From the human T2T-CHM13v2.0 reference genome, Homo sapiens: a DNA stretch of 64,000 bases. Shown here one piece after another: positions 16,880 to 33,157 of the stretch. A model generated the notes under the pieces. That model ran no database searches, was not told where the DNA came from, and saw only the letters and a list, made by a program, of their open reading frames with translations. The first letter of the stretch is position 1. Each line of letters opens with the position of its first letter. The DNA lies in NCBI RefSeq assembly GCF_009914755.1, contig NC_060930.1, one strand, 5' to 3'. A program made the position numbers and the translations under genes.

Positions 16880-17040
16880 ACAAACTTGGCTGTACATTAC
16901 AATCACCAGGACAATTAAAAAATAAGAAACCCAATGTCCAAGCTGCTCCCCAAACCAATCAAAGGAGAATCTCTGGGGATGGGACCAGGCATCTGTCTTT
17001 TTAAAAACTCCCCAGTGACTACAGTGTACAGCCGAGTTGG
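16880..17040. mobile_element. MER5-like hAT DNA transposon relic
   Basis: CTTGGCTGTACATTACAATCACC...AGAATCTCTGGGGATGGGACCAGGCATC resembles MER5 consensus. Confidence 0.6.
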
Positions 17041-18063
17041 CAGGTCTAGAGCAGGGAGAGAGAGCAGAAGGAGTCTCTGATCACTCCAGGTTCTGGTTCT
17101 GATGAGTGGGTAGACAGGCAGGTGGGTTGCTAAAGTAAAGATTACTAGAGGACGAATGGGTTTGGGGAAAATGATGGGTTCTGTTTGGATAGATTGAGTT
17201 TGAGCTGTCGGTAAAATATCTGAGAGTTGGGGTCCCACAGATGCTTAACATCTTAAAGCAGATCTTTTCTTCTCCTGATCCTTCCACAAGGTCTGGTGCA
17301 GACATTTCCCCGCTGGGAGACTCTCCACAGTACCTCATGATCTTATCATCTCTGACTGTGGCATTTGTGGATAATGTTTTACTTGCTAAGGGTTGGAACT
17401 GTCTCCTCCTGGGTGATGTGGACGTGGCATCACCACCCAGTAAGTTGTCACCTTGGAAAGACTCCAGGATGGAGCACATCTTCCTTTTTCTGATGTCTCT
17501 GCTATTGAGGCCATGGTTGCAGATCTGCTGTCAACATGAGCCAAGAACAGCAGGGCTTTATGTCTTTTTTCCACACCCAACCACTGAAAGGATGGGACTC
17601 ACCCCTTCAGGAACAGTAGCACAGCAGAGCCGTGATTCTTGGGCCTGAGTGCTGATAGGGACAGGGTCGGGGATGGGAGGCGTGATGCATATCTGGATCT
17701 CCAGGTGGGCTGGAGAGTTGGGAAAAGCCCCTCAAGTCATTCCAATGTGCTTCCTGGAGACTCAGAACAGAAGGCAGCAGAGGAGGCAGGGAAGGGTGGC
17801 ACAGTGATGTGTCACCTCTCTAGTTTATGGAGCCTGCTCCGAACCCCACAAACCCACTACAAGAGCCAGGTGGGAAGGGTGATAGGGCAGGTGACTTGTG
17901 ATACAAGGAGCAGAGACCATGGTATAGCACTGCAGGAACTAGGGAAGGAGCAGGAGCAGAAGAACCCCCTCCATGACAGCAGCCCCCAAGCGTGCCCCAC
18001 TCGCACCATCCTCTTCCTTGTCACTGCCTCCCCTGACCTCTTCCTGTCTTCTCCTCTGCCCAG

Positions 18064-18164
18064 GCTGATGGGAACCACCCTGTAGAGGTCCATCTGCGTT
18101 CAGACCCAGACGATGCCAGAGCTATGACTGGGCCTGCAGGTGTGGCGCCGAGGGGAGATCAGCC
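18064..18164 (+). other. PPARD: PPARD 5'UTR part of first coding exon
   Basis: Strong pyrimidine tract ending ctgcccag|GCTGATGG; contains c.-87 site (18078) and three uATGs. Confidence 0.93.
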
Positions 18165-18294
18165 ATGGAGCAGCCACAGGAGGAAGCCCCTGAGGTCCGG
18201 GAAGAGGAGGAGAAAGAGGAAGTGGCAGAGGCAGAAGGAGCCCCAGAGCTCAATGGGGGACCACAGCATGCACTTCCTTCCAGCAGCTACACAG
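18165..18294 (+). CDS. PPARD: PPAR-delta coding exon 1 (c.1-130, A/B domain)
   Basis: GCCATGG Kozak; MEQPQEEAPEVREEEEKEEV...SSSYT; donor ACAG|gtgagg. Confidence 0.98.
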
Positions 18295-18778
18295 GTGAGG
18301 AGAGGACTGGCAGGGGACACGGGGCAGAGGAGGCACAGCCCAGTGCAGTGGGGATCCTGGCCCTCTGCAAACGCCATCATGTGGGGCGCAGAGTAGCAGA
18401 GTGCTGAAGGACTGGAGCCGGAAGCCTGGGTTCACGCCCAGTGCGGTGGGGATCTGCTCTGCCACTCACCAGCAGTGGGGCCTGGAGCAAGCTGCACCAC
18501 TTCCTTCTGTAAAACAGGCCAAAGGATGGTAGGTGATGTGGATATGGGCTTTCGTGAGAATTAAATGAGTGGGCATCTGTAACACATGTCATCATCATTA
18601 TTAGTATTCCCACCACTGTTAACACAAGGCATCTGAGACCAATCTCCACTAACAGCACACTAGAAAGATCAGCTGTACCTGGGATTGTTATGATCAGTCG
18701 AAACACACAGTTCAATTGGTCTGGTAATAATTATACACATCATCATTGAGCCGTATCATAATTAGATAAAAATGCTAA

Positions 18779-19308
<530 letters not shown>

Positions 19309-20761
19309 GATCCCTCTGCTTCTTGCTTTCTCCCACCACTTCTCTCCTTACCCAAGTGCTGCAGGCCTGCACATGCAGCTCATCCTCGCTCCTCCCCTTA
19401 GAGGGAACTCAGGGTCATAAGGATATACTGCTGGGAGTAGACACCCTGCACTCGCTGCTGCTTTCAGCTGCAGGAGATCCTAGCCACAGGCGGTGACTCA
19501 GGCAGAGGAGCAAGCCCACCCCGCAGAAATGGGCTCTGGACCCCTGTGACTGCATGGAGCAGGAGGAGGCAGTTAGTGTCCAAGCTAAGGCAGGGTGAAG
19601 GCTGTGGAGGTAGCGCAGGCTCCTGTTTGGGTCTGCAGCTAAGATGGGTCTGAATCCTGGAGCCACACCACCTTGAACCTGCAAAGCAAGTCCCAGAATT
19701 TTGCAGAAGTTCTTCCTCTTCAGTGTATAGAGTTGGGTGGAGGGAGTATAGAGCCATCATTCAGTCCTTCTCATCTCACCCAGGATCACCTGGGAGTGAC
19801 CAAAGTAGGCCAAATGTGATTCTAGGGCCAAAGTGAAGGTGTCCGCCATTCCCCGAGTAAGCAACTTCCTGTCTATTGGCTGGTAACTGGGATGGCTTTG
19901 GAGACACAGCCTGTCTCAGAAGAGAGGAACAGCTAACCAGGAGTGATAATTCACTCAGTGCCAGTAGCACATACTGTTCTAAATCTGAAGAAGGTAGGGA
20001 GGGTTAGAAAGCAAAGGGAAGACAGTGGGGACTAAGAATGAGTGTGGGATGTCATGAGGATTCAGGGGAGAATGCAAGGAGAAGAGACGGCCACAGGGTT
20101 TGTGGCTATGCCGCCTGCCGTGGCCCACCTCATCCCCACATCTGAGCCCAGGCAGATGGAAGTCCCCTGCAGAGCAGTGTTCTGTCCTGGAGTTTCCTCC
20201 ACACCCCTTCTTGGGACCAGGGCTGTTTCCCAAATAGCATCACTGTTCCCGTGCAGGCCAGGTGAGGTGCCTGGGAGCAGGGGTAGGGTGAGGCAGGCAT
20301 GGCGGTGACCTCTCAGGCAGCTTCGTTGTGGGATTTAGGGCACAGCGGGAAACGTCCAGGGCAGAGGTTGCCTCACCAGTCACATGGTACTATGTAGGCG
20401 GTGGTGTTTAATAGATTCTGTTTATCAATAAGTGGATGAAGTGGAGATAGACTTCCTTGTTCAGTCATTGAAACAGGAGAGAGGGTTACTTGACATAATC
20501 ACTTTGTGTTAAAGCTGTAGTGTATGAAAAGTTCCCAAAAATTCTACAAGACAAGCAACCTAGCAGGAAAATCAGAACAGGTAACAGTAAGACAAATACG
20601 AATGGCCTGAAATCCCGACAGGTTTTTCAGTCTAACCAACTCAAAGAAAGCACCTTAAGTTGCAATGCCATTTCACCTGTCAGATGGGTGGGGAGGACTT
20701 GGTCCTCCCACCACCAGGGGTGAAAGGGTAGTGTGGGCCAACACTTCTTAATGTGTGATTC

Positions 20762-21055
<294 letters not shown>

Positions 21056-22822
21056 AAGTGTGCATTTCTTTTACCCTGCATTCCCACTTCTAGGAACGTG
21101 TCCTGTGTAAGTACTTGCTCAGCATGCTCAGAGATTCCCATGCCAGCTTATTTACTGCAGGACTGCTCATAAGAGCAAAAATAGGAACGTGCCCATCTGT
21201 GGGGAACTGGTTATGTAAACTGTGGTAGAGCCATATGGTGGAATACTCTGGAGTCATTGAAAAGGATAAGGCTGGTTTATATATATATTAAATAAGTTCC
21301 TGACAAGTTGGGGATCCCATTGTTTAAAATCCTTATGTTTCATAGAAGGCACCGGAAGAGTCTATACCGAAGGACTCAGGGGCTAACTCTGAGGAGCAGG
21401 ATCATGGTTAAGGAGGCTGTGTCATAAGATCCTGCATACCCTTCTGTGTTTTTCTCAACAAGTCTGCACTACTTCCATAATTTGAAAGGCAACTGTACTT
21501 TTTTTAAGGGTAAAATTAACTGTTTAAAAGGGGGGTGAGGATCTGGCAGGTGAGGGGCCCTGGAGACAGAGCCTGATCATGTGTCCAGAGCAGAAGGGCT
21601 TGGAGATCACAGAGACCAGGGCAGGCATCCCAGGTCTGTCACTGTGAGCTGTAGCCCTCGCCAGTGCCATCACTTCTCCAAGTCTCATTCTCTTCACCTT
21701 TATAGGCTGTGTCCTACCCAGCCTGAGGGCCAGCCAGGTGAGAGTCAGTGGGGGTATGTGACACATCGCAGGTCTCAGCACCTGCTAGTTCTCTGCCCCA
21801 TCCCCATGAGTTATTACTTTGGCCTCGGGAGTCCCCTGAGGGACCCATAAGGACAGCGCACAGCTTTGAGCCCTGAAACAGCAGGAAGGCTCCACAGTCA
21901 CCCCTGACCACCCTCCTCAGCAGTTCAGCACTGACTCTCAGTGCAGATATTGAGCTCAACACCTGCCATGCACCTTCTCACCCTCCCCCCAGCCAGGCAG
22001 GACAGACCTTCCCATCAACAAGGAAACTGAGGTTACCAGAAACCCACTTGCCAGGGTCCCCTGGGCGTGTAGGAGTAGAGACAGCTAGAGCCAGGATTCA
22101 CCTCCCATTCCCATTCTCATCCCTCCTGCTTCAGTGACATCCATCCCAATCACCCTTGAGAAAGAGGAAGATAAAGTGTCCTTCCTCCTGGCCTCAGCAC
22201 CTCCTCACTTGGCAAGCACTTGGTGGGCATCAGGCTGGGCCCAGCACTGTGCCCAGGGCTGGCCATACAGTGGTGGACAAGGCTGAGTGCCTGTCCCAAG
22301 GAGCCCACAGTTCAGGCAAACAGGACAGCAGAAGTAAAGAGGCTGCTCAGTAACCCAGCCTCAAATCCCTGCAGAATTTGGCCTGACTTCAGAAGCTGCT
22401 GGGTGCTTGTTTGCCTGTGAGCTCTGCCAGCAAAGTAAATAGACCAATCGGGCGCCTCCTGGCTGTCTTCACAGCCATGACAACGGCATTCTCCCAGCAT
22501 TGGAGGCTAGATATGCAGGAGAGCTCTCAGCCACAAATGATGTGAATAAGGTCAATAGTGTCTATTTGCTGAACTTGTCATCAAAGATGGTGAAACTGAT
22601 ACTTTACTCTCTGGGTGAGAGGGCTAGTGTTTACACTGAATCCAAACATTTGGATAATGACATGGTGCCTCCTCAGCAGTGACTGTGTCTTCTTGTTCAT
22701 CATAATAATGTTATTGATTAGCGGTACTGAACATGTAGGTATGCGTAGTAGTGAGATGCCGAGGTTAAGAGCTCAGCTCCAGGAATTGCATGGTTCTAGG
22801 TTATAATTCTTGCTCTGTCACT

Positions 22823-23562
<740 letters not shown>

Positions 23563-24054
23563 GCCGCTGCCAGCAAGTTACTAACACTTCTGAGCCTTGG
23601 AGCCTCGGCTTCCTTGCCTGTAAAGTGGGGGTAAGAAGACCATCTTGAAAGGTTGTTTTGAGGTTTTACGTGAGATGAAATGGGTGTCCAATGGAGTGCC
23701 TTTAGCAGGACACCTGCTTACCCCCACCTCTACCCAGGACATCATGATGCGGGGGAAGTGGTGGAACCTTCAGAACCCAGCCCCTAGTATGAGAAGAATT
23801 CTGCCATCACCTTTCTTTCAGCAGAGAGGGAAGCAGTCCCCTTCCGTGACAGTCACATGCGTGAGTGATGGCTCCTTCCAATATCCTGCACTTCTTACTG
23901 CCCCTTACCTGGCGTTGCTCCACTCTGTCTCATGTTCTAGTTTTCTTATCTCTTTCTCTTTTTTTTTCTATTTTATTTTTTTCCTGTAGGCACAAGTGAG
24001 TTACAGTAGGTTAAGTTACACCTTACCTTTCCTTGTTTTTCTTGTTTATTTATT

Positions 24055-24906
<852 letters not shown>

Positions 24907-27203
24907 CTGCTGTTACCTCTTTCTTACCTCAGCTATTTGAGGATAGAGTCTAGGTCCTGTCCTGCATATAGAAGGTGCTTATCATGTGTCTTTTGAGTGA
25001 ACACAGAGGGTGACATTGTCACGTGCAGTGCCAACAGAAACCAAATGACTAGACACCTGCTGACCTTCCATGGCCACAGGGAGGATGAGAAAGGCACCTC
25101 CAGGAGGTGTGAATAATCTGAGGGTATTGGCCACTGTGGACAAGACTCGGTGGTGGAAGTGAGCTCAGAGATCCAAAGGGAACGTGAGTAGAGACATGCA
25201 GAGTCTCGCAGAGGAAGCAGACGTGCAGGCCACAAAGACAAAATTACAAGAAATGCCCCAACACGAGCATATGCTCACGGACTGCACAGATTCAAGGAGG
25301 AAGTGCCAGAAACCCTGCCTGCCCCAGCATCTGCACAGGCATCCACAAAGGGTTTCTGTCATGTTATCTCTTTTTCTTCCAACATCCGGTGCTGTGAGTT
25401 TTATTGTCCCTGTTATAAATGCCTCCAGGAGTGGCAGGTCCTGCCCAGCCCCATCAGCCAGTTGGTGCTGCAGTCAGGACACCCAGGCAGCCTGAGGACT
25501 GCCAGATGTGCAGAGAGCTATCGCGTGCCTGCTGCGTGCCCAGCACCTCACACAGCTCTCAGTGTCTGACCACGCTGGTGCCCTGGTGGACAAAGTTCCT
25601 GCCCTTGTGGCCCTTTTGTCTAGTGGGTGGCTTCCAACAATGAACACACACAGGATATGTCAGGCGGTGACAAAGGCTACTGAGAAGACCAAAGCGGCTT
25701 CACCCTCCCAGAGCACAGCTTTTCCCTCCCAGGCCCGAGAGATGTAGGGAGCCCACTGTCCCAGTCTGGGTCAAGAGGAACAGTTACAACACCTTGGAAT
25801 GACTGAAGTTGGGAGCTAAGGTGCCAGGACAAGACAGGCCATTTTAGGAACCAGAGACTTGTGTTACCCCTAAACCTCACCAGCCAGGAGGGGAGCAGCC
25901 CACTGGGTCCTCTCTGCCACAGTTGGGTGCTTCTTGTGCTCCCCCTCCTGTGGTCAGGATAGGGGAAGCAGGCTTTCCTGCTGCCACTCCTAGGACCCAA
26001 GGGGAAGCTGGGGGAGTGGGGAGACCATGTGGGAAGGATGGAGTGCACTTTGATTGGTAGCAGGTGGATAGGTACTCCCATGGTGGGGAAATCAAAGTTG
26101 CTTGGCCTGTGTAGTAGACAGGTATTACCACAGGCCTGGAAAACATTAGCCTGGGTTTATCTCTGTGGCTTCGGTCCCCCAACATCCCCTTCTACTCAAA
26201 ATGGCTGATTCTCTGGTTTGGAGGTTTGGCACCTGCTTTTGGGGAGGTTGCTCAGTCATTAGAGAAGAGTGCAGAGGTTGGACGGTCATCATGGCAGAGG
26301 TAGGACAGCTGGTATGTGGGGCCATGAAACCAGCTTTGGGCTAGGAGTCAGGAAGCTGAGACTCAGTTCAGGTCCCCTTTCCAAGATGAAGAGATCATTT
26401 CCGAGTGTCCAAAGGGCACTGGGAAGAGAATCCTAGCAGTTCTTATGAAATCATCTGACAGCAGATATATCCTGAAGTCATAGCCTTAGCAAACTGCCTT
26501 TCTCGCCAACACACTCAACACCCCGTGGTTCAAACATCTATACGTCTGATAGAAAAACTTGGAGAAATTCAGTGTGTTGCTTAATCAATATGACTGATAC
26601 CTAAGCTGTTCTACTCAAGAAGTTTTCATGGGAATGAACTTGAGCTTCTTGAAGAGATTGTTTACAGCATCCCTGGAGTCTATGCAAGAATAGAACTTCC
26701 TGTGGGGGATGGTGGGGAGGCTAGCTCTGCAGAGGTCTACAGTCCTGCAGTTTCTGCAAAACACGTTGCACACATCTCCATATGGGCCACACGGTGGCAA
26801 CCTCTGAACCAGGAGAGCTGCTTCCTAAGGGCTAAGACCCTCTGTCTGCTTTCTCTCTCTTGCTTTCCTCCCAAAACACAGCCATCCTCCTCCCCACTGC
26901 TACCCCATGGTGAGTTCAGCCCAGGAAGCCTCTGACCCAGCCCTGATGGTAATAGCTGCTGTGTACTGGACATCTTCTGTATGTTAGGCTCTGGGAGAAA
27001 TGCTGTGGAGACTTTTTGCCCATCCTCCCAGAGAAGCTGTCAGTACCCCCTGTTCTAGGTGAAGAAACTGGTCCTCAGAAAGGTTGACTCCCTGAGGCCA
27101 CACAGCTGTTAAGTGGCTGAGGCGAGGGCTGTGGGGCTGTTCCCACGCCCTGGCTTCCAGGCCTGGCAGCATGTGGAGCTGCCCCTCCATCGTGTGTCCG
27201 CAG

Positions 27204-27358
27204 ACCTCTCCCGGAGCTCCTCGCCACCCTCACTGCTGGACCAACTGCAGATGGGCTGTGACGGGGCCTCATGCGGCAGCCTCAACATGGAGTGCCGGGT
27301 GTGCGGGGACAAGGCATCGGGCTTCCACTACGGTGTTCATGCATGTGAGGGGTGCAAG
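27204..27358 (+). CDS. PPARD: PPAR-delta coding exon 2 (c.131-285, first C4 zinc finger)
   Basis: ccgcag|ACCTCT; LSRSSSPPS...[22 protein letters not shown]; AAG|gtacgg. Confidence 0.98.
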
Positions 27359-27802
27359 GTACGGACTGGGGGGAGCGGTGGCTGGCCACTGAGGCTGTGG
27401 TCACATGGTGAATTGACCCTCCACAAAGCTTTCCTTGCCTTGGGGTGGGGCCCTGACTGTACCTATTGCAGAATTCCTGCCCAGGAGGCAGCCAGGCCCT
27501 TGTGCTCCAGACCTCAGCTCTGGGCACTGCAGGAGAAGAGGGGGTTCCCTTGTCAAGCCTACCCTGCTGGGCACCTGTGTTGACCCAGCTCTGTGGGTGA
27601 TTGTGTCCCCCTGGGGACCAGGCAGCTAGGGCAGAATGAGGGTCTTGGGCTGAGCCATCGTCTTACCTGAGGTCTGGGTTTCTTGTTTCTCAAGGCTCAA
27701 AGCGGGCTCTGAGAAAAAAGGACAGACATTTGTTTTTCCAGTGATATTTGTGGGTCCTTCCTAACTTCACACCCATCAAAATCTCACAGATTATTTTATT
27801 GA

Positions 27803-28339
<537 letters not shown>

Positions 28340-28381
28340 CCAACAAAGAAGCTTTAGGACTTCTTTAGACATTTAAAATAG

Positions 28382-28713
<332 letters not shown>

Positions 28714-28897
28714 GAACTAAAATAGTTTTAATTAAAGTTTTAGAATTACTTTCCTTCTCCATCTCCCCTCCAAAAAAATTTCTTCTCGTTACTTCCAAAT
28801 GTCAGGAGTGTTTACACCTTATACATAATCGGGCCCTTTGGCACAGCCTCCCTCCCACCTCCTGGTGGCCTTTCCTCACCTGTTCTTGGTGCTTCAG

Positions 28898-29036
28898 GGC
28901 TTCTTCCGTCGTACGATCCGCATGAAGCTGGAGTACGAGAAGTGTGAGCGCAGCTGCAAGATTCAGAAGAAGAACCGCAACAAGTGCCAGTACTGCCGCT
29001 TCCAGAAGTGCCTGGCACTGGGCATGTCACACAACG
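28898..29036 (+). CDS. PPARD: PPAR-delta coding exon 3 (c.286-424, second zinc finger)
   Basis: ttcag|GGC; [46 protein letters not shown]; ACG|gtgaga. Confidence 0.98.
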
Positions 29037-29973
29037 GTGAGAGCTGACCAGGGCAACTCACGGGCTGCTGGCTCCACACAGCCTGAAACCAAGGTCCAGG
29101 GAGCCCTTGGGGCAGCCTAGAGGGGGCACCTGTAGAGCAGTGCCTGGCGCACAGTAAGCACCATGGCTGTTGGCTGTTGGCTTTGCTGATCTGGACCTTG
29201 GATCTTAGAGCCTAAGACCTGCCACTTCCTCAGACTGCCAGCATCTACCATGGGTCCCAGGCGTGGGGTAGTGTTTACCTCCCTATACCTGAGGTTTACG
29301 CATTCTGGCCCAGAAGGGAACTGATAATTGATACCAGCTTGAACAATTTGGGGAACACCAGTCCCAGAAACTCAAGCCTGTCTCAGATGACCTGACACAG
29401 CATGAAAGCTACTGCCAAGGCCAGGTGGCCCTTCTTGGTTATAGAAGGCAGGCAGTAACCAGTAAGTAACCACATTTGTCAACTGCCAGGAGCCAGGCAG
29501 AAGTTTCTTGGAGGTCACCCACTCCCAGGAGACAGAGCCTTCTCTGCCCTGTGCTCCAGGCCTCCTGCAGAGCCTTGTCTTCGGACCCCAGGGTAGGATA
29601 TTGCAAAGCCCACCTGTCCCCTCAGTACCTCTCTGAGTAAGACCCCTAGAGGACAGGGGAGAGCCTCTTGTGATCTCTACAGGCAGGTTAGCTGCTTGGC
29701 CAGCTTTTACCCAGGGATGCCCTAACTGCCTTGCATCTTAGAGGGTAGCAGTACCTGAGCCCTCCATTTGCGGCTCTCCTGGGTAATGGGGTCTGGCAGG
29801 TCTGGGTTTGACTCCTTTCTTAGGAAATCTCGGAACTGACTGAATCCCTCTCCTTACGCTAACTCCAGGAGAAGTCGAATTCGTATCCTACTCAATTACT
29901 AATGACAACAATTTTTGAGTGCTTACTATGTGAGGATTCTTATTTAATTGATCTAATAACTCAGTAAGTTTTA

Positions 29974-30630
<657 letters not shown>

Positions 30631-31023
30631 AAAAGAAAAGTGAAGGAGTCTGCCCCAAGTCACAAAGCTAGTAAACTGCTGAGCTGGAACTCAAGCCCAG
30701 GCCTTTGTCACCAAAGTCTGTCTTACCCCAGCTAGCGTAGCTCAGTCACTCAGTAAGTTAGAGTCCTTGTGTGCTGGGCACTGTGAACAAAACAGACAAA
30801 ATCACTGCTCTTGCAAAGATACACCAAAAAAAAAAAAAAATCACATCTTGTGGAGCTTGCGATCTGGAGGGGCCACCCCATCATTCCTACCTTGCTGACT
30901 CTAGAGCTTCTGGGGGCCTTAGGCTCCAAAAGGATTTGGCCCATGCACCTGTAAAGGGATGGGGATGTCAGAGGTGCTGGGGCCTGCCTGGGCTCCTTGC
31001 TGACTGCCCCCTTCCCTGTGCAG

Positions 31024-31226
31024 CTATCCGTTTTGGTCGGATGCCGGAGGCTGAGAAGAGGAAGCTGGTGGCAGGGCTGACTGCAAACGAGGGGAGCCAG
31101 TACAACCCACAGGTGGCCGACCTGAAGGCCTTCTCCAAGCACATCTACAATGCCTACCTGAAAAACTTCAACATGACCAAAAAGAAGGCCCGCAGCATCC
31201 TCACCGGCAAAGCCAGCCACACGGCG
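31024..31226 (+). CDS. PPARD: PPAR-delta coding exon 4 (c.425-627, hinge)
   Basis: gtgcag|CTATCC; [17 protein letters not shown]...GKASHTA; GCG|gtgagt. Confidence 0.98.
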
Positions 31227-31406
31227 GTGAGTGTTGCTGCTGCTTGGCCTGGCAGCATCCTGGGCTCTGGGTCCCACTGCCGCCTGCCTGACTCCGGGAG
31301 AGCCAGGCCTTCTCCCTCCCTCAACTTCATGGTGCAGGCAAGGGACATGGGGAGCACAGGGTGGGGGTCTCCCGAGGCCTGATCTCTAACGGGGCCTGGT
31401 TTTCAG

Positions 31407-31857
31407 CCCTTTGTGATCCACGACATCGAGACATTGTGGCAGGCAGAGAAGGGGCTGGTGTGGAAGCAGTTGGTGAATGGCCTGCCTCCCTACAAGGAGA
31501 TCAGCGTGCACGTCTTCTACCGCTGCCAGTGCACCACAGTGGAGACCGTGCGGGAGCTCACTGAGTTCGCCAAGAGCATCCCCAGCTTCAGCAGCCTCTT
31601 CCTCAACGACCAGGTTACCCTTCTCAAGTATGGCGTGCACGAGGCCATCTTCGCCATGCTGGCCTCTATCGTCAACAAGGACGGGCTGCTGGTAGCCAAC
31701 GGCAGTGGCTTTGTCACCCGTGAGTTCCTGCGCAGCCTCCGCAAACCCTTCAGTGATATCATTGAGCCTAAGTTTGAATTTGCTGTCAAGTTCAACGCCC
31801 TGGAACTTGATGACAGTGACCTGGCCCTATTCATTGCGGCCATCATTCTGTGTGGAG
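31407..31857 (+). CDS. PPARD: PPAR-delta coding exon 5 (c.628-1078, ligand-binding domain)
   Basis: Branch point CTCTAAC at 31384; tttcag|CCC; [15 protein letters not shown]...FIAAIILCG; GAG|gtgagt. Confidence 0.98.
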
Positions 31858-32069
31858 GTGAGTGAGAGTGGGGCAGGTGGGCTGGCCTGGCACACCCAGT
31901 CGTCCTGGGGGTTGGCCCTCACTGCAGGGCACTGTGCCTGAGCTCTGACAGTGTGGGGAAGTGTCCCTGTGATCTTGGCAGTGGAACATGCAAGGCACTG
32001 ACTGAGCATGCAGGATCAGCTCCATCTCATTATGTACGTAGATAGAGGTGGAGACAGGAAAAAGACTAA

Positions 32070-32465
<396 letters not shown>

Positions 32466-32909
32466 CTATGCTAACTAACAGTGGTCTAGAGCTTACTTCA
32501 TGCCAGGCACTGTTCTTTTCATCGATGATGACTCACTTGATCCTCACAACAACCCTGTGCAGGAAGAATGTTTTGTGTCTCCATTTTACACATCAGAGAG
32601 GCTGAATGACCTGCCTATAGCCTCACAGGCAGACACAGGATTTGAATTAAGCATTGAGTCTCTTAACCACAATACTACGTTGCCTAATCGGGGGGGAGGT
32701 GGGGACAAATTGGCAAAAAACAAAAGAAGTGGATTAAGACCAGGGGTAGGGAGATTAGAACACCCAGTGGAGCATTGCTGATGGGACAGGGCTTGGTCTG
32801 TCACGGCCAAGGAGGCCTGCCGTCCCCTGGGCCAAGTCACCTCTTGGGGTGGAAGTAGGGGAGCTCCACTGCCTTTCTGAGCTCCCTGGCGTGCCCTGTG
32901 TCCCCACAG

Positions 32910-33157
32910 ACCGGCCAGGCCTCATGAACGTTCCACGGGTGGAGGCTATCCAGGACACCATCCTGCGTGCCCTCGAATTCCACCTGCAGGCCAACCACCC
33001 TGATGCCCAGTACCTCTTCCCCAAGCTGCTGCAGAAGATGGCTGACCTGCGGCAACTGGTCACCGAGCACGCCCAGATGATGCAGCGGATCAAGAAGACC
33101 GAAACCGAGACCTCGCTGCACCCTCTGCTCCAGGAGATCTACAAGGACATGTACTAA
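32910..33157 (+). CDS. PPARD: PPAR-delta last coding exon (c.1079-1326, AF-2)
   Basis: ccacag|ACC; [15 protein letters not shown]...[13 protein letters not shown]; coding exons sum to 1326 nt = 441 aa plus stop. Confidence 0.98.

Noticed and set aside
31227-31406. In-frame retention of the 180-nt PPARD intron
   Set aside because: Contains in-frame TGA at 31380-31382
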